From Pecten maximus (Eukaryota), in assembly GCF_902652985.1 (NCBI RefSeq), contig NW_022979468.1:1-64000 (forward strand): 64,000 bases of DNA. Direction: 5' to 3'. Positions 53,294-64,000 of the stretch are shown piece after piece (positions within the stretch are counted from its first letter, which is position 1; every line of letters starts with the position of its first letter). The translations under genes were made by a program, and so were the position numbers. Below the pieces are notes generated by a model. The model was given only the letters and a program-made list of their open reading frames with translations, did no database searches and was not told the origin of the DNA.

Positions 53294-53577
53294 TTACAAC
53301 AAAAGCCTGTGTGGGGGCTGCCAAACTCCGCCACAAAACCAGCCTGTGAAACACTGCTGGTTTCCCCACAATGGCTATATTTAGTGATATGCTATTCAGA
53401 TAATGGTAAAACAGAGGGAGCAGAATGCTCGCCTAAAGCTAAACACAGAGATATAAGATTGCCAAATAAAACAATATTTCCAAAACAAAGAACAAAAATC
53501 ATGATGTATGACGGCTATAAGTATACAGATACAAGAAATATCTTTTATGGATGAAATTAAAGAAGCCAGCTCAAGCA

Positions 53578-54160
53578 AATACAACACTGGGATGATTTTT
53601 AATTAAAACAAATTAGAAGTATGTTTATAAAGACTGACACAACACTGTCAGCTCCCAGATACAACACTGGGATGATTTTTAATTATATCAAATTAAAAGT
53701 ATGTTTATAAGGACAGATACAACTCTGTCAGCTCCCAGATACAACACTGGGATGACTTTTAATTAAATCAGATTAGAAGTATGTTTATAAAGACAGATAC
53801 AACACTGTCAGCTCCCATATAAAACACTGGGATGATTTTTAACTAAATCAAATTAGAATGTGTTAATAAGGACAGATACCACACTAGCAGCTCCCAGATA
53901 CAACTCTAAGATGATTTTAAATTAAATTAAATTAAAAATATGTTTATAAGGACAGATACATCACTGATAGCTCCCGGCTACTACGCCAGGATAATGTATA
54001 ATTAAATCCAATTAGAAATATGTTAATTAGGACAGATACTACACTGACAGCTCCAATATACAACACCGGGCTGATTTTGATATAAATAACAATAAAATAT
54101 GTTGATTAGGACAGATACAACAATGTCAGCTTCTGGATACAACAATGGGATTATTTATCA
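53578..54160. repeat. 80-bp tandem repeat, ~7 copies
   Basis: GATACAACACTGGGATGATTTTTAATTAAATCAAATTAGAAGTATGTTTATAAGGACAGATACAACACTGTCAGCTCCCA at 53581, 53661, 53741, 53821 and onward, degrading rightwards. Confidence 0.93.
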
Positions 54161-55929
54161 CCAAACTTAATTAAGAATTTGCATTGCTGCTATATCCAAG
54201 ATGCTGGGCAATACAACTTGCATACAAAATTAAAACATGCCAGATTATAATTACTTGTGGACACCTAGCCAAATATAATGGGATATCACTTTCTCACTAT
54301 TTTAAGGTAACATTAATAAACCCTGGACAGGTATAATACAGTCGATCTAGGTTAGTACAATAGTCGCCCATACTCAAAACTTACCCTGTGACAACTGTCG
54401 ACAGGCATGCATGATGGCAAGGCGAAGATCCCGAAAGAATTTCTTAATGCCGTTACCAGTGAGATGACACCCATCTCGCAGAAAAAGATCCAGTGGGCTA
54501 TTAAAAATTCGATGGTGTGGCCAAATATAAACATGGTCATGTTCGGTTAGCAAAACATGCAGTGACTTATTGGTTGCGACTCTGCGTGTTCATATTGACT
54601 CGGGCTCATGCCTCGAGGATGTGGTCTGGGGAACACTTCACATGCATAAACATCATATCCATAACTATCTTGCAAGTGTTTGGCAAAATCTAAAATCTTA
54701 TAGGCCAGCTGATCGGGGCGAGTCATTGCACAAACAATTACCGCCGATCTGAAGTATAATAATGTGCGGTTGAAAAGAGTTTATCTTCCGTTAGACAGAC
54801 ACATTATATTTAAACGTGTCCACCGTTGCTCCGCTAATCCCCAAACCGATCACAATGCATTGAGAGAGGTTAAATGTCTCCAAAATATGATCATGCACAT
54901 AATCAAAAAGTCTACGAACAAAACTATGACCCAAAATTTACACGCGTGGGGTCAAGTTAGCTATGCTTATATTTAAAAGTCACATGTACTTAGCCTGAAT
55001 TCGATGTGCCAGAGAATCAGATCTTAAATTGAGACTGGTGGGCTCAAAAACCCGTCCGATGCGTCGCTGGGACGTTCTTCTACTCTGCGAGTCCTTCAAA
55101 AGTATCTTATTGATCTTAAGTGAGAAGGCCTAAAAAAATTATGAAAATAGTAGAAAACTTCAAATTACAATTTTTTAATGGCGCGCATCGGAAAGCTTTT
55201 ACCCATAATTACTAGCTGCCTGAAAGGGGCAGATCAGAATGTATGGAAATATAAGTTAGAAAGGGAAAAACTCGTGTATAATTTGTAGCAAATTACTGCG
55301 AAAATTTGGAAATATGCAGGCCTTCCGATACATACAAAATTTGGAAATGTGCAGGCCTTCCGATGCATAAATTAAGTGCTTAGCTGCCCTTTACTATGGA
55401 ACGCCGACAGGGTCAACATTCGCTTATTTTGTTATTCTTCATTCCTAATGCTTATATTTCAATCCAACTTCTAATTTCTTATTCTTACTTGCTATTCCTA
55501 ATTCCTAATGCTTCTATTCCATTCTAATTTATAGTTATTTTAACGTGATGCTTGTTGTAGGCGATACTGCTTCATTGTATGTATCTACTTTGTATTCCCG
55601 TTTTCCCTAGTCCACACTTGCTTACGATAGAACGTTTCTTTCTTTATTGCAATCTGAATATTCTAACTTCCAAATGACCTGCAGTGTTAGAATTTCGACA
55701 CACACCCTTCTTACCCTGTTTCGGAGAATCCCCTCAACTAACAGTATGTGGTTGCACTGGCTGTCGCGACTCAGCAACAGTGCGTCTTGGTCTCCCAGCA
55801 GGAATAACATATCTGGGTGCTTGACTCCCATCCTCATCTTAGCTATCAGAGCCAGTAGTTGAGGAGGAACTCTATTCTGGCATTCTGATGATTTCGGGTT
55901 GTCTCCCTTGGTTCCCGGGCACCCTCTCT

Positions 55930-56185
55930 TCTGGGTAACCACATGAAAGGGAGAAGCAGGTTCGTATGTACAGTTTTTATAAGTCCCTCCCCCGACACTA
56001 TCCGGATCTTGTATACGGGCATATCAACATTTGGTACATTAAGGATAAGGTAGGGATCCTTTGCCCATTTGTCAGTCAATTTTTGCTTCCCACATATACC
56101 AACGTTCCTCATCAAAACCCGGGGTCCTACTTCTAAGGTAGCTTCTCTAACCCCCTATCATACCTATCTTTGTACCGCTTACTAG
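55930..56185 (-). pseudogene. Gypsy pol fragment, integrase C-terminal (GPY/F-like) region
   Basis: KRYKDRYDRG/REATLEVGPRVLMRNVGICGKQKLTDKWAKDPYLILNVPNVDMPVYKIR...KTVHTNLLLPF matches the typical RYD..VR...L..GDRVLVRN...GK.KL.D.W...PY......PVY........T.HRN.LLP pattern. Confidence 0.9.
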
Positions 56186-56600
56186 CTGATAGGGGAAAAA
56201 ATTGGGCAAGCCAAAAATACCCCGATCATCATAGCGGATAGGGGGAAAGAATGGGCTAGTCGAAAGTTTCCTCGTTACCATAGCTAAAAGAGGGAAAGAA
56301 TGTACAAGTCAAAAGTTTCCCCATCTCCAAAGCTGATCAGGTGGAAAGAACGGGCAAGACCCGTGGTCCTACTTCTAAGGTAGCTTCTCTAACCCCCTAT
56401 CATACCTATCTTTGTACCGCTTACTAGCTGATAGGGGGAAAAATTGGGCAAGCCAAAAATACCCCGATCATCATAGCGGATAGGGGGAAAGAATGGGCTA
56501 GTCGAAAGTTTCCTCGTTACCATAGCTAAAAGAGGGAAAGAATGTACAAGTCAAAAGTTTCCCCATCTCCAAAGCTGATCAGGTGGAAAGAACGGGCAAG
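56117..56600. repeat. 242-bp tandem duplication spanning the Gypsy/satellite junction
   Basis: 56117-56358 and 56359-56600 differ by about 2 substitutions. Confidence 0.93.
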
Positions 56601-59600
56601 TCAAAAGTTTCCCAATCAGCATAGCTGATAGGGGGAAAGAATGAGCGTGTCAAAATGTCCCCAACTACCATAGGAAGAATAGGCTAGTCAAAAGTTTCCC
56701 CATCACCACAGCTGATAGGGGAAAAGAAGGGACTAGCCAAAAAATTCCCCACTACCATAGCTGATAGGGGGGAAAGAATGGGCTAGCAAAACGTTTCCCA
56801 ACTACCATATAAAGAATGGGTTAGCCAAACGTTTGCCGATCATCATAGCTGATATGAGTGAAAGAATGGACTAGTCAAAAGTTTCCTCATTACCATAGAT
56901 GATCAAGGGGAAAGAAGGGGCTAGCCAAAATATCCGCACTACCGTAGCAAGAATGGGCTAGCCAAACGTTTCCCCATCATCATAGCTGATAGGTGTGACA
57001 GAAAGGGCTAGTCAAAAGTTTCCCACTACCATAGCTTACAGGGGGAAAAGGGTCTAGCCAAACGTTTCCCCACTAACATAGCTGATAGGGTGAAAAGAAT
57101 GGACTAGTCAAAAATTTTCCCAATACCTAGCTGAGAGGGTGATGAAGAATAGGCTAGCCAAAAGTTTCCCCACTACAATAGCTGATAGGGGGGAAATAGG
57201 CTAGCTAAACGTTACCCCACTACCGTAGAAAGAATGGGCTAGCCAAAAGTTCCCCCATCATCGTAGCTGATAGGGGGAAAGAATGAGCTAGCAGAAAGTA
57301 CCCCCACAACCATAGCTGATACGGGGGTTAAAAGGGGGGCTAACGAAAAGTTACCCCACTACCATAGCTGATAGGAGGGAAGAATGGAGAAGCGAAAAGT
57401 TGTCCCATCATCATAGCTTATAGAGTGGTAAGAATTGGCTAGTCAAAAGTTTCCAAACTACCATAGCTGATAGGCGGGAAAGAATGGGTTAGCCAAACGT
57501 TTTTCCACTACCATAGGTGATAGGGGAAAAAGAATGCTAGCCAAAAGTTTCCCCACTACCATAGCTGATATGGGGGAAAGAACGAGTTGGCCAAAAGTTT
57601 CCCCAATACCATAGCTGATTTGGGGTAAAGAAGGGGTCAGTCAAAAGTTTCCCAACTACCATAGCTGATATGCAGTAAAGAATCAAAAGTTCCCCCGCTA
57701 CCATAGCTAAAAGGGGAAAGAATGGGTAACCAAAAGTTTCCCCCCTACAATAGCTGATAGGGAGGAAAGAATGGGCAAATCAAACGTTTCTCCAGCACCA
57801 TAGCTTATAGGGGAAAAGAACGGGCTAGCCAAAAGTTTCACCACTGACATTCCTTATAGGGGAGATAGAAAGGGCTCGCCAAAAGTTCTCCTATCATCAC
57901 AGCTTATAGGGGAAAGATTAATCTAGCAAAAAGTTTCCCCACTACAATAGCTGATAGGGGGGATATAATGGGATAGCCAAAAGTTCTCCCATCATCATAG
58001 CTGATAGGGGGTAAGAATGAGCTAGCCAAAAGTTTCCCCACTGCGATAGCTGAAAGGGGGGAAGAAGGGGCGAGCCAAAAGTGTCCCCATCACCATAGCT
58101 GATAGGAGTGACATAATGTGCTAGTCAATAGTTTGTCCACTACCATAGCTGATAGAGGGAAAGTATGGGCTATCCAAAAGTTTACACATCATCATAGCTG
58201 ATAGGGGGAAAGAATGGGCTAGCCTAAAGTTCACCTATTACAATAGTTGATAGGGGGGAGAATGGATAAACCAAAAGTTGTCCAATCTACATAGCTTATA
58301 GGGGGGTAAGAATAGGCTAGTCAAACGTTTCCAAACTACCATAGTTAATAGGCGGGAAAGAATGGGCTAGCTAAAAGTTTTCCCACTACCATAGGTGATA
58401 GGCGGAAAAGAATGGGCTAGACAAAAGTTCCCCATCATCATAACTGATAGGGGAAAATTATGGGCTAGCCAAAAGTTTCCCCAGTAACATAGCTTATAGG
58501 GGGAAAAGAATGGGCAAATCATACGTTTCCCCATCACCATAGCTGATAGGGGGAAAGAATGGGCTAGTCAAAAGTTTCCCCAGTAACATAGCTGATAGGG
58601 GGGAAAGAATTGGCAAATCAAACGTTTCCCCACTACCATAGCTGATATTGGGGATATAATGGGCTAGCCAAAAGTTCCCCCATCATCATAGCTGGTAGAG
58701 GGAAAGAATGGGCTGGTCAAAATTTCCCCCACCACGATAGCTGATACAGGGAAGGAATAGGCTAGCCAAAAGTTTCCCTAATACAATAGCTGATAGGGGG
58801 GGGGGGCAGACTGGGCTAGCCAAAAGTTATCACACTACCATAGAAACAATGGGCTAGCCAAAAGTGTCCTCATTTAGCTGATAGGAGTGAAAGAATGACC
58901 TAGTCAAAAGTTTTTCCACTACCATAGCTGAAGGAGAAAGTAGGGGCTATCAAAAAGTTTCCCCATCAACATAGCTGATATGGGGAAAAGAATGGGCTAG
59001 ACTACCGTTCACCTACTACCATAGCTGATAGGGGGAGAGAATGGGCTAGCCAAAAGTTTCCCCACAGGCATTGTTGAGAGGGGATAGAATAGGCTAGCCA
59101 AAAGTTCCCCCGACATCATAGCTGATAGGGGATAGAGTGTACTAGCCAAAAGTGTCCCCATTGCCATAGCAGATAGGGGGTAAAGAATTGGCTAGACTAC
59201 CGTTTACCTACTACCATAGCTGATATTGAGTAAAGAAGCAAAAGTATCCCCATTACCATAGCTCATAGGGAGGAAAGAATGGGCTAGCCAAAAGTTTTCC
59301 CACTACCAAAGCTAAAAGGGGAAAGAATGGATGACCAAAAGTTTCCCCACTGCCATAGCCGATAGGGGGAAAGAATGGTCAAATCAAACGTTTCCCCATC
59401 ACCATAGCTGATAGGGGAAAAAGGATGGGGTGGCCAACATTTTCTCCAATGACATTGCTTATAGGGGGGACAGAATGGGCTAGTCAAAAGTTCCCCATCA
59501 TCACAGCTGATAGAGGGAAAGAATGAGCTAACCAAACGTTTCCCACTACCATAGCTGATAGGGGGAAGGAATGGGCTAGCCAAAACTTTCCGCGCTACAA

Positions 59601-62600
59601 TAGCTGATAGGGGGGCAGAAGGAGCGAGCCAAAAGTTATCACACTAACATTAAAAGAATGGGCTAGCCAAAAGTGTCCCCATCATCATAACTGATAGGAG
59701 TGAAAGAATAGGCTAGTCAACAGTTTGTCCACCACCAAAGCTGATAAGGGGGGAGTAGGGCTATCCAAAAGTTTCCCCATCATCATAGCTGATAGGGAAA
59801 AGAATTGGCTAGACTACCGTTCACCTACTACCATAGCTGATAGGGGGAGAAAACGGGCTAGCCAAACGTTTCCCCACTAACATTGCTGAGAGGGGATCAA
59901 ATGGGCTAGCCAAAAGTTCCCCCATCATCATAGCTGATAAGGTGGAAAGAATGTACTAGCCAAAAGTGTCCCCATTTCCATAGGTGATAGGGGGTAAAGA
60001 ATGGGCTAGACTACCGTTCACCTACAACCATAGTTGATAGTGGGAAAGAACGGGCTAGCCAAACGTTTCCCCACTACCACTGCTACCATAGCTGATATGG
60101 GGGAAAGAACGAGCTAGCCAAAAGTTTCCCCAATACCATAGCTGATTTGGGGTAAAGAAGGGGCCAGTCAAAAGTTTCCCAACTACCATAGCTGATATGC
60201 AGTAAAGAATCAAAAGTTCCCCCGCTACCATAGCTAAAAGGGGAAAGAATGCGTAACCAAAAGTTTCCCCACTACAATAGCTGATAGGGAGGAAAGAATG
60301 GGCAAGTCAAACGTTTCCCCATCAAAATAACTGATAGGGGGAACGAAAGGGCTAGCCAAAAATGTCCCCCATCATCATAGCTGATAGGAATGAAAGAATG
60401 GGCTTGTCAATTGTTTCTCCACTACCATAGCTTATAGGGGAAAAAATGGGCTAGCCTAAAGTTCACCTACTACCATAGTTGATCGGGGGAAAGAGCGGAC
60501 TAGCCAAACGTTTCCCCATTTCCATTGCTGATAGGGAATAGAATGGAAAAGCCAAAAGTTGTTCCATCACCATAGCTTACAGGGGTTTAAGAATGGGCTT
60601 GTCAAAAGTTTCAAAACTACCATAGCTGATAGGGGAAAAAAGACGCCAGCCAAAAGTTTCCCCACTACCATAGAAAGAATGGGCTAGCCAAAAGTTCCCC
60701 ACTACCTAGCTGAGATGGTGATAAAGAATGGGCTAGCCAAAAGATTCCCCACTACCATAGAAAGGTTGGACTAGCCAAAAGTTTCCCCAATCATCATAAC
60801 TGATAGGAGTGAAAGCATGGGCTAGTCAAAAGTTTCTCCACTACCATAGCTGATAGGGGAAAGTAAGGGCTAGCCAAACGTTTCCCCTTCATCATAGCTG
60901 ATAGGGGGAAAGAACGGGCTAGCCAAACGTTTACCCACTACCATTGCTGATAGAGGGGAGGAATGGACCAGCCAAAATATGCCCCATCACCATAGCTTAA
61001 TGGTCCCCACTACCTAGCTGTGAGGGTGATAAAACATGTGCTAGTCAAAAGTTTCCCAATACCATAGCTGAAAGGGGGTAAAGAAGGGGCTAGCCAAAGG
61101 TTTCCCCACTACCATAGCTGATAGGGAGGAAAGAATGGGCTAGCCAAAATTTTCCCCACTACCATAGCTGATAGGGGGAAGAATGAGCTAGCCATATGTT
61201 ACTCCACTACCATAGAAAGAATGGGCTAGCCAAACGCTTCCCCATCATCATAGCTGATAGAGGGAAAGAATGGGTTAGCCTAAAGTTCGTCTACTACCAT
61301 AGTTGATAGGGTGAAAGAACGGGCTAGTCAAAATGTTCCAAACTACCATAGATGATAGGCGGGAAAGAATGGGCAAGCCAGAAGTTTTCTTACTACCATA
61401 GATGATGAGCGGGAGAAGGGCTAGCCAAAAGTTACCCCACTACCATAGAAAGAATGGCCTAGCCAAACGTTTTCCCATCATCATAGCTGATAGGAGTAAA
61501 AGAGTGGGTTAGTCAAAAGTTTTTCCACTACCATAGCTGATAGGGGATAGAATGGGTTAGCCAAAAATTTCCCCTTCATCATAGCTGATAGGGGTCAGAA
61601 TGGGCTGATTAAAAGTTTCCAAACTACCATTGAAAGAATAGGCAAATCAAAAGTTTCTCCATTTACATAGCTGATCAGGTGGAGCGAATAGGCAATTCAA
61701 AAGTGATAGCGGTTAGGGGTAAGAATGGTCTAGTCAAAAGTGTCTTCACTACCATAGCTGACAGGAGAAAAGAAGAGGCTAGCCAAAAAATCCCCAATAC
61801 CTAGCTGAGAGGGTGATAAAAAATTGGGCTGCCAAAAGTCCCCACACTACCATAGCTGAAAGTGGGGATAGAATGGGCTAGCCAAACGTTCCCCAATACC
61901 ATAGCTGCTAGAGGGTAAAGAAGGGGCTAACCAACACTTTCCCCACTACCATAGCTCATAGGGAGGAAATAGTGGGCTAGCCAAAAAGTTTCCCCACTAC
62001 CACAGCTGATGGAGGGAAGAAGGGACTAGCCAAAAGATACCCCACTACCATAGAAAGAATGGGCTAGCCAAAAGTTTCCCCATCATCATAGCTGATAGGA
62101 GTGCAAGAATGGGCTAGTCAAAAGTTTCGCCACTACCATACCTGATAGGAGGGAAGAAGGGACTAGCCAAATATACCCCACTACCATAGAAAGAATGGGC
62201 TAGCCAAACTTTTCCCACTACCTAGCTGAGATGGTGATAAAGAATGGGCTAGCCAAAAGTTCCCCATCATCATAGCTGATAGGGGGAAAGAATTTGCTAG
62301 CCAAAAGTTTCCCCACTACTATAGCTGATAGGAGGGAAGAAGGGACTAGCCAAAGATACCCCATTTCCATAGAAAGAATGGACTAGCCAAACTTTTCCCA
62401 CTACCTAGCTGAGATGGTGATAAAGAATGGGCTAGCTAAAAGTTTCCCATCACCATAGCTGATAGGCGGGAAAGATTGGGCTAGCCAAAAGTTCCCCATC
62501 ATCATAGCTGATAGGGGAAAGAATTTGCTAGCCAAAAGTTTCCCTACTACCATAGCTGATAGGGGAAGAAGGGGCTAGCCAAAAGCTACCCCACTACCAT

Positions 62601-63089
62601 AGGAAGAATGGACTAGCCAAAAGTTTCTCCGTCATCATAGCTGATAGGAGTAAAAGAATGGACTAGCCAAAAGTTTCCCCATCATCATAGCTGATAGGGG
62701 GAAAGAACGTGTTAGCCAAACGTTTCCCCACTACTATTGCTGATAGAGGGGAGGAATGGACCAGCCAAAAGTTGTCCCATCACCATAGCTTATAGGGGGT
62801 AAGAATGGGCTAGTCAAAAGTTTCCCCACTACCATAGCTGATAGGGGGGACGGAGAGTCTAGCCAAAAGTTTCCTCACTGCCATACAAATAAAGGGCTAA
62901 CCAAATGCTCCCCACTACCTAGTTCAGAGAGTGATAAAGAATGGGCTAACCAAAAGCTTCCCCACTACCATATCTGATAGGGGGAGGAAAGAGGAGGCTA
63001 GCCAAGCTTTTTCCCACTACCATAGAAAGAATGAGCTTGTCAAAAGTTTCCCAACCATCATAGCTGATAGGGAATAAAGAATGGGCAAG
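56183..63089. repeat. ~49-bp satellite array, ~6.9 kb (roughly 140 monomers)
   Basis: Consensus CCATAGCTGATAGGGGGAAAGAATGGGCTAGCCAAAAGTTTCCCCACTA. Recurrent shorter monomers lack CTGATAGGGG (CCATAGAAAGAATGGG). Confidence 0.97.
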
Positions 63090-63340
63090 ACCTGATATGA
63101 AATGAGAGAAAAGCTTTAATGTTTCAACTGTGGCATATAAAGATAGACTAGATCCATCTAACTGCATATATGTATCATCTCCGTATTGACCTAAAATGAA
63201 GGTTTTTCCTAGGATTTAGAGCTAATGATAGAATTTCTACACCTATGATAAAAATATAGGGAGATAATGGGTCGCCTTGACGACAACCACGGTGAAGAAT
63301 GAAAAATCCTGACATATGTCCATTATTAATAATACACCTT
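63090..63340 (-). pseudogene. L1/Tx1-type LINE reverse-transcriptase fragment
   Basis: CIINNGHMSGFFILHRGCRQGDPLSPYIFIIGVEILSL, then after a frameshift LGQYGDDTYMQLDGS..SL......L..F...SGL (the QGDPLSP and YADD motifs). Confidence 0.92.
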
Positions 63341-63378
63341 TATGAATTTTTATTTAAGCATTGATGTCATGTTTTTAG

Positions 63379-63436
63379 TTTGTTTGCCAAATGTATGAAT
63401 CCGCGTAGCGGATTCTTACAGAAGTTTGCGAACAAA
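63379..63436. repeat. Stem-loop TGTATGAATCCGC-GTA-GCGGATTCTTACA with outer arms
   Basis: 13-bp stem with 1 mismatch (63392-63420), plus outer arms TTTGTTTGCCAAA and TTTGCGAACAAA. Confidence 0.8.
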
Positions 63437-63522
63437 TAGAGGTTCCCCAACGAGTGGTGATTGTTTATCATTTTGATCCAACTCAAGTTTGTTAACTTTT
63501 TAATTTTGAAAAGACACGAGCT

Positions 63523-64000
63523 TTAGCGAGTAACAGTAACACCATCAAAATCGACAGAAACCATTCTATTATCATTTACAAAATACTTCTTAAAAAGCTT
63601 CATGTTATCCCGATTGCGATAATATGTGAAAATAAAACTAATGACTTTTTTCACTGTAAATTTAAAAAATCGCAACATTGGAACATTTCCTTCACTGAGT
63701 ATCATCATATTCCTACGCTTATAAATGCAGAACCTCGCCACACTAAGAATGAAATTAACAAAATAGCCATTCACATATTTCCATTTCTCACTAAAACCCA
63801 GAATAATAAGTCTTTCATAATTAAGTGAGCTAGCATTATCTGGACCTACTTTCGAAAACAGATTCTCCAATATTTCAACCATGAAACCTTTTAAAACTGA
63901 TAGCTCTGGACAGTATACAAATAGATGAAATACATCTTCTGACTGTTTCTGACAAACCGGACAATCAGCCGAATCCGAAAAACCGCACCTTAGAAGTTTC
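63523..64000 (-). pseudogene. L1/Tx1-type LINE ORF2 C-terminus (zf-RVT CCHC knuckle and tail), running off the window
   Basis: KLLRCGFSDSADCPVCQK/SQEDVFHLFVYCPEL followed by VNFILSVARFCIYKRRN. The C-x2-C...HLF..C motif is typical of this region. Confidence 0.85.

Larger units (their letters stand above)
53308..56190 (-). mobile_element. Ty3/Gypsy LTR-retrotransposon remnant (3' part of pol plus probable 3' UTR/LTR)
   Basis: A pol C-terminus lies at the right end. The GC-richer sequence begins with TGT at 53308, where homology to 45149-45343 stops. The inner LTR boundary and PPT were not identified. Confidence 0.55.

Noticed and set aside
56183-63089. CRISPR array or repeat-protein gene (ORFs 59284-59583 and 62946-63167)
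   Set aside because: Head-to-tail degenerate monomers without spacers and with frequent frame-breaking indels.

Overview
AT-rich eukaryotic genomic DNA. The SINE and non-autonomous repeat types suggest a bivalve mollusc, probably oyster-like (inference). No prokaryotic operon, CRISPR array or rRNA gene is present. The window has three zones. (1) 1-~38.6 kb is a hierarchical tandem array of about 3.2 units of 9.7-14.9 kb, anchored by ATGATGAAGTAGG at 25, 9718, 22087 and 37030. Each unit is built from diverged paralogous ~2.5-kb modules that look like decayed, intron-less ORFs of unrecognised identity. Unit-specific insertions include a 2.9-kb TTAA-TSD transposon in units 2 and 3 with the empty site kept in unit 1, a 464-bp MITE, and a 4.1-kb element with asymmetric terminal IRs; a V-type SINE is shared by units 1-3. 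(2) 39-53 kb holds a small spliced + strand gene whose two phase-0 paralogous exons encode Gly/Ala-rich glycine-zipper hydrophobic segments. Its intron carries a disrupted THAP/HTH-DDE-SWIM transposase. (3) 53-64 kb holds a Gypsy remnant, a ~6.9-kb array of ~49-bp satellite with higher-order structure, and L1/Tx1-type LINE fragments. Most short ORFs in the supplied track are spurious. All alignments and translations were done by eye.
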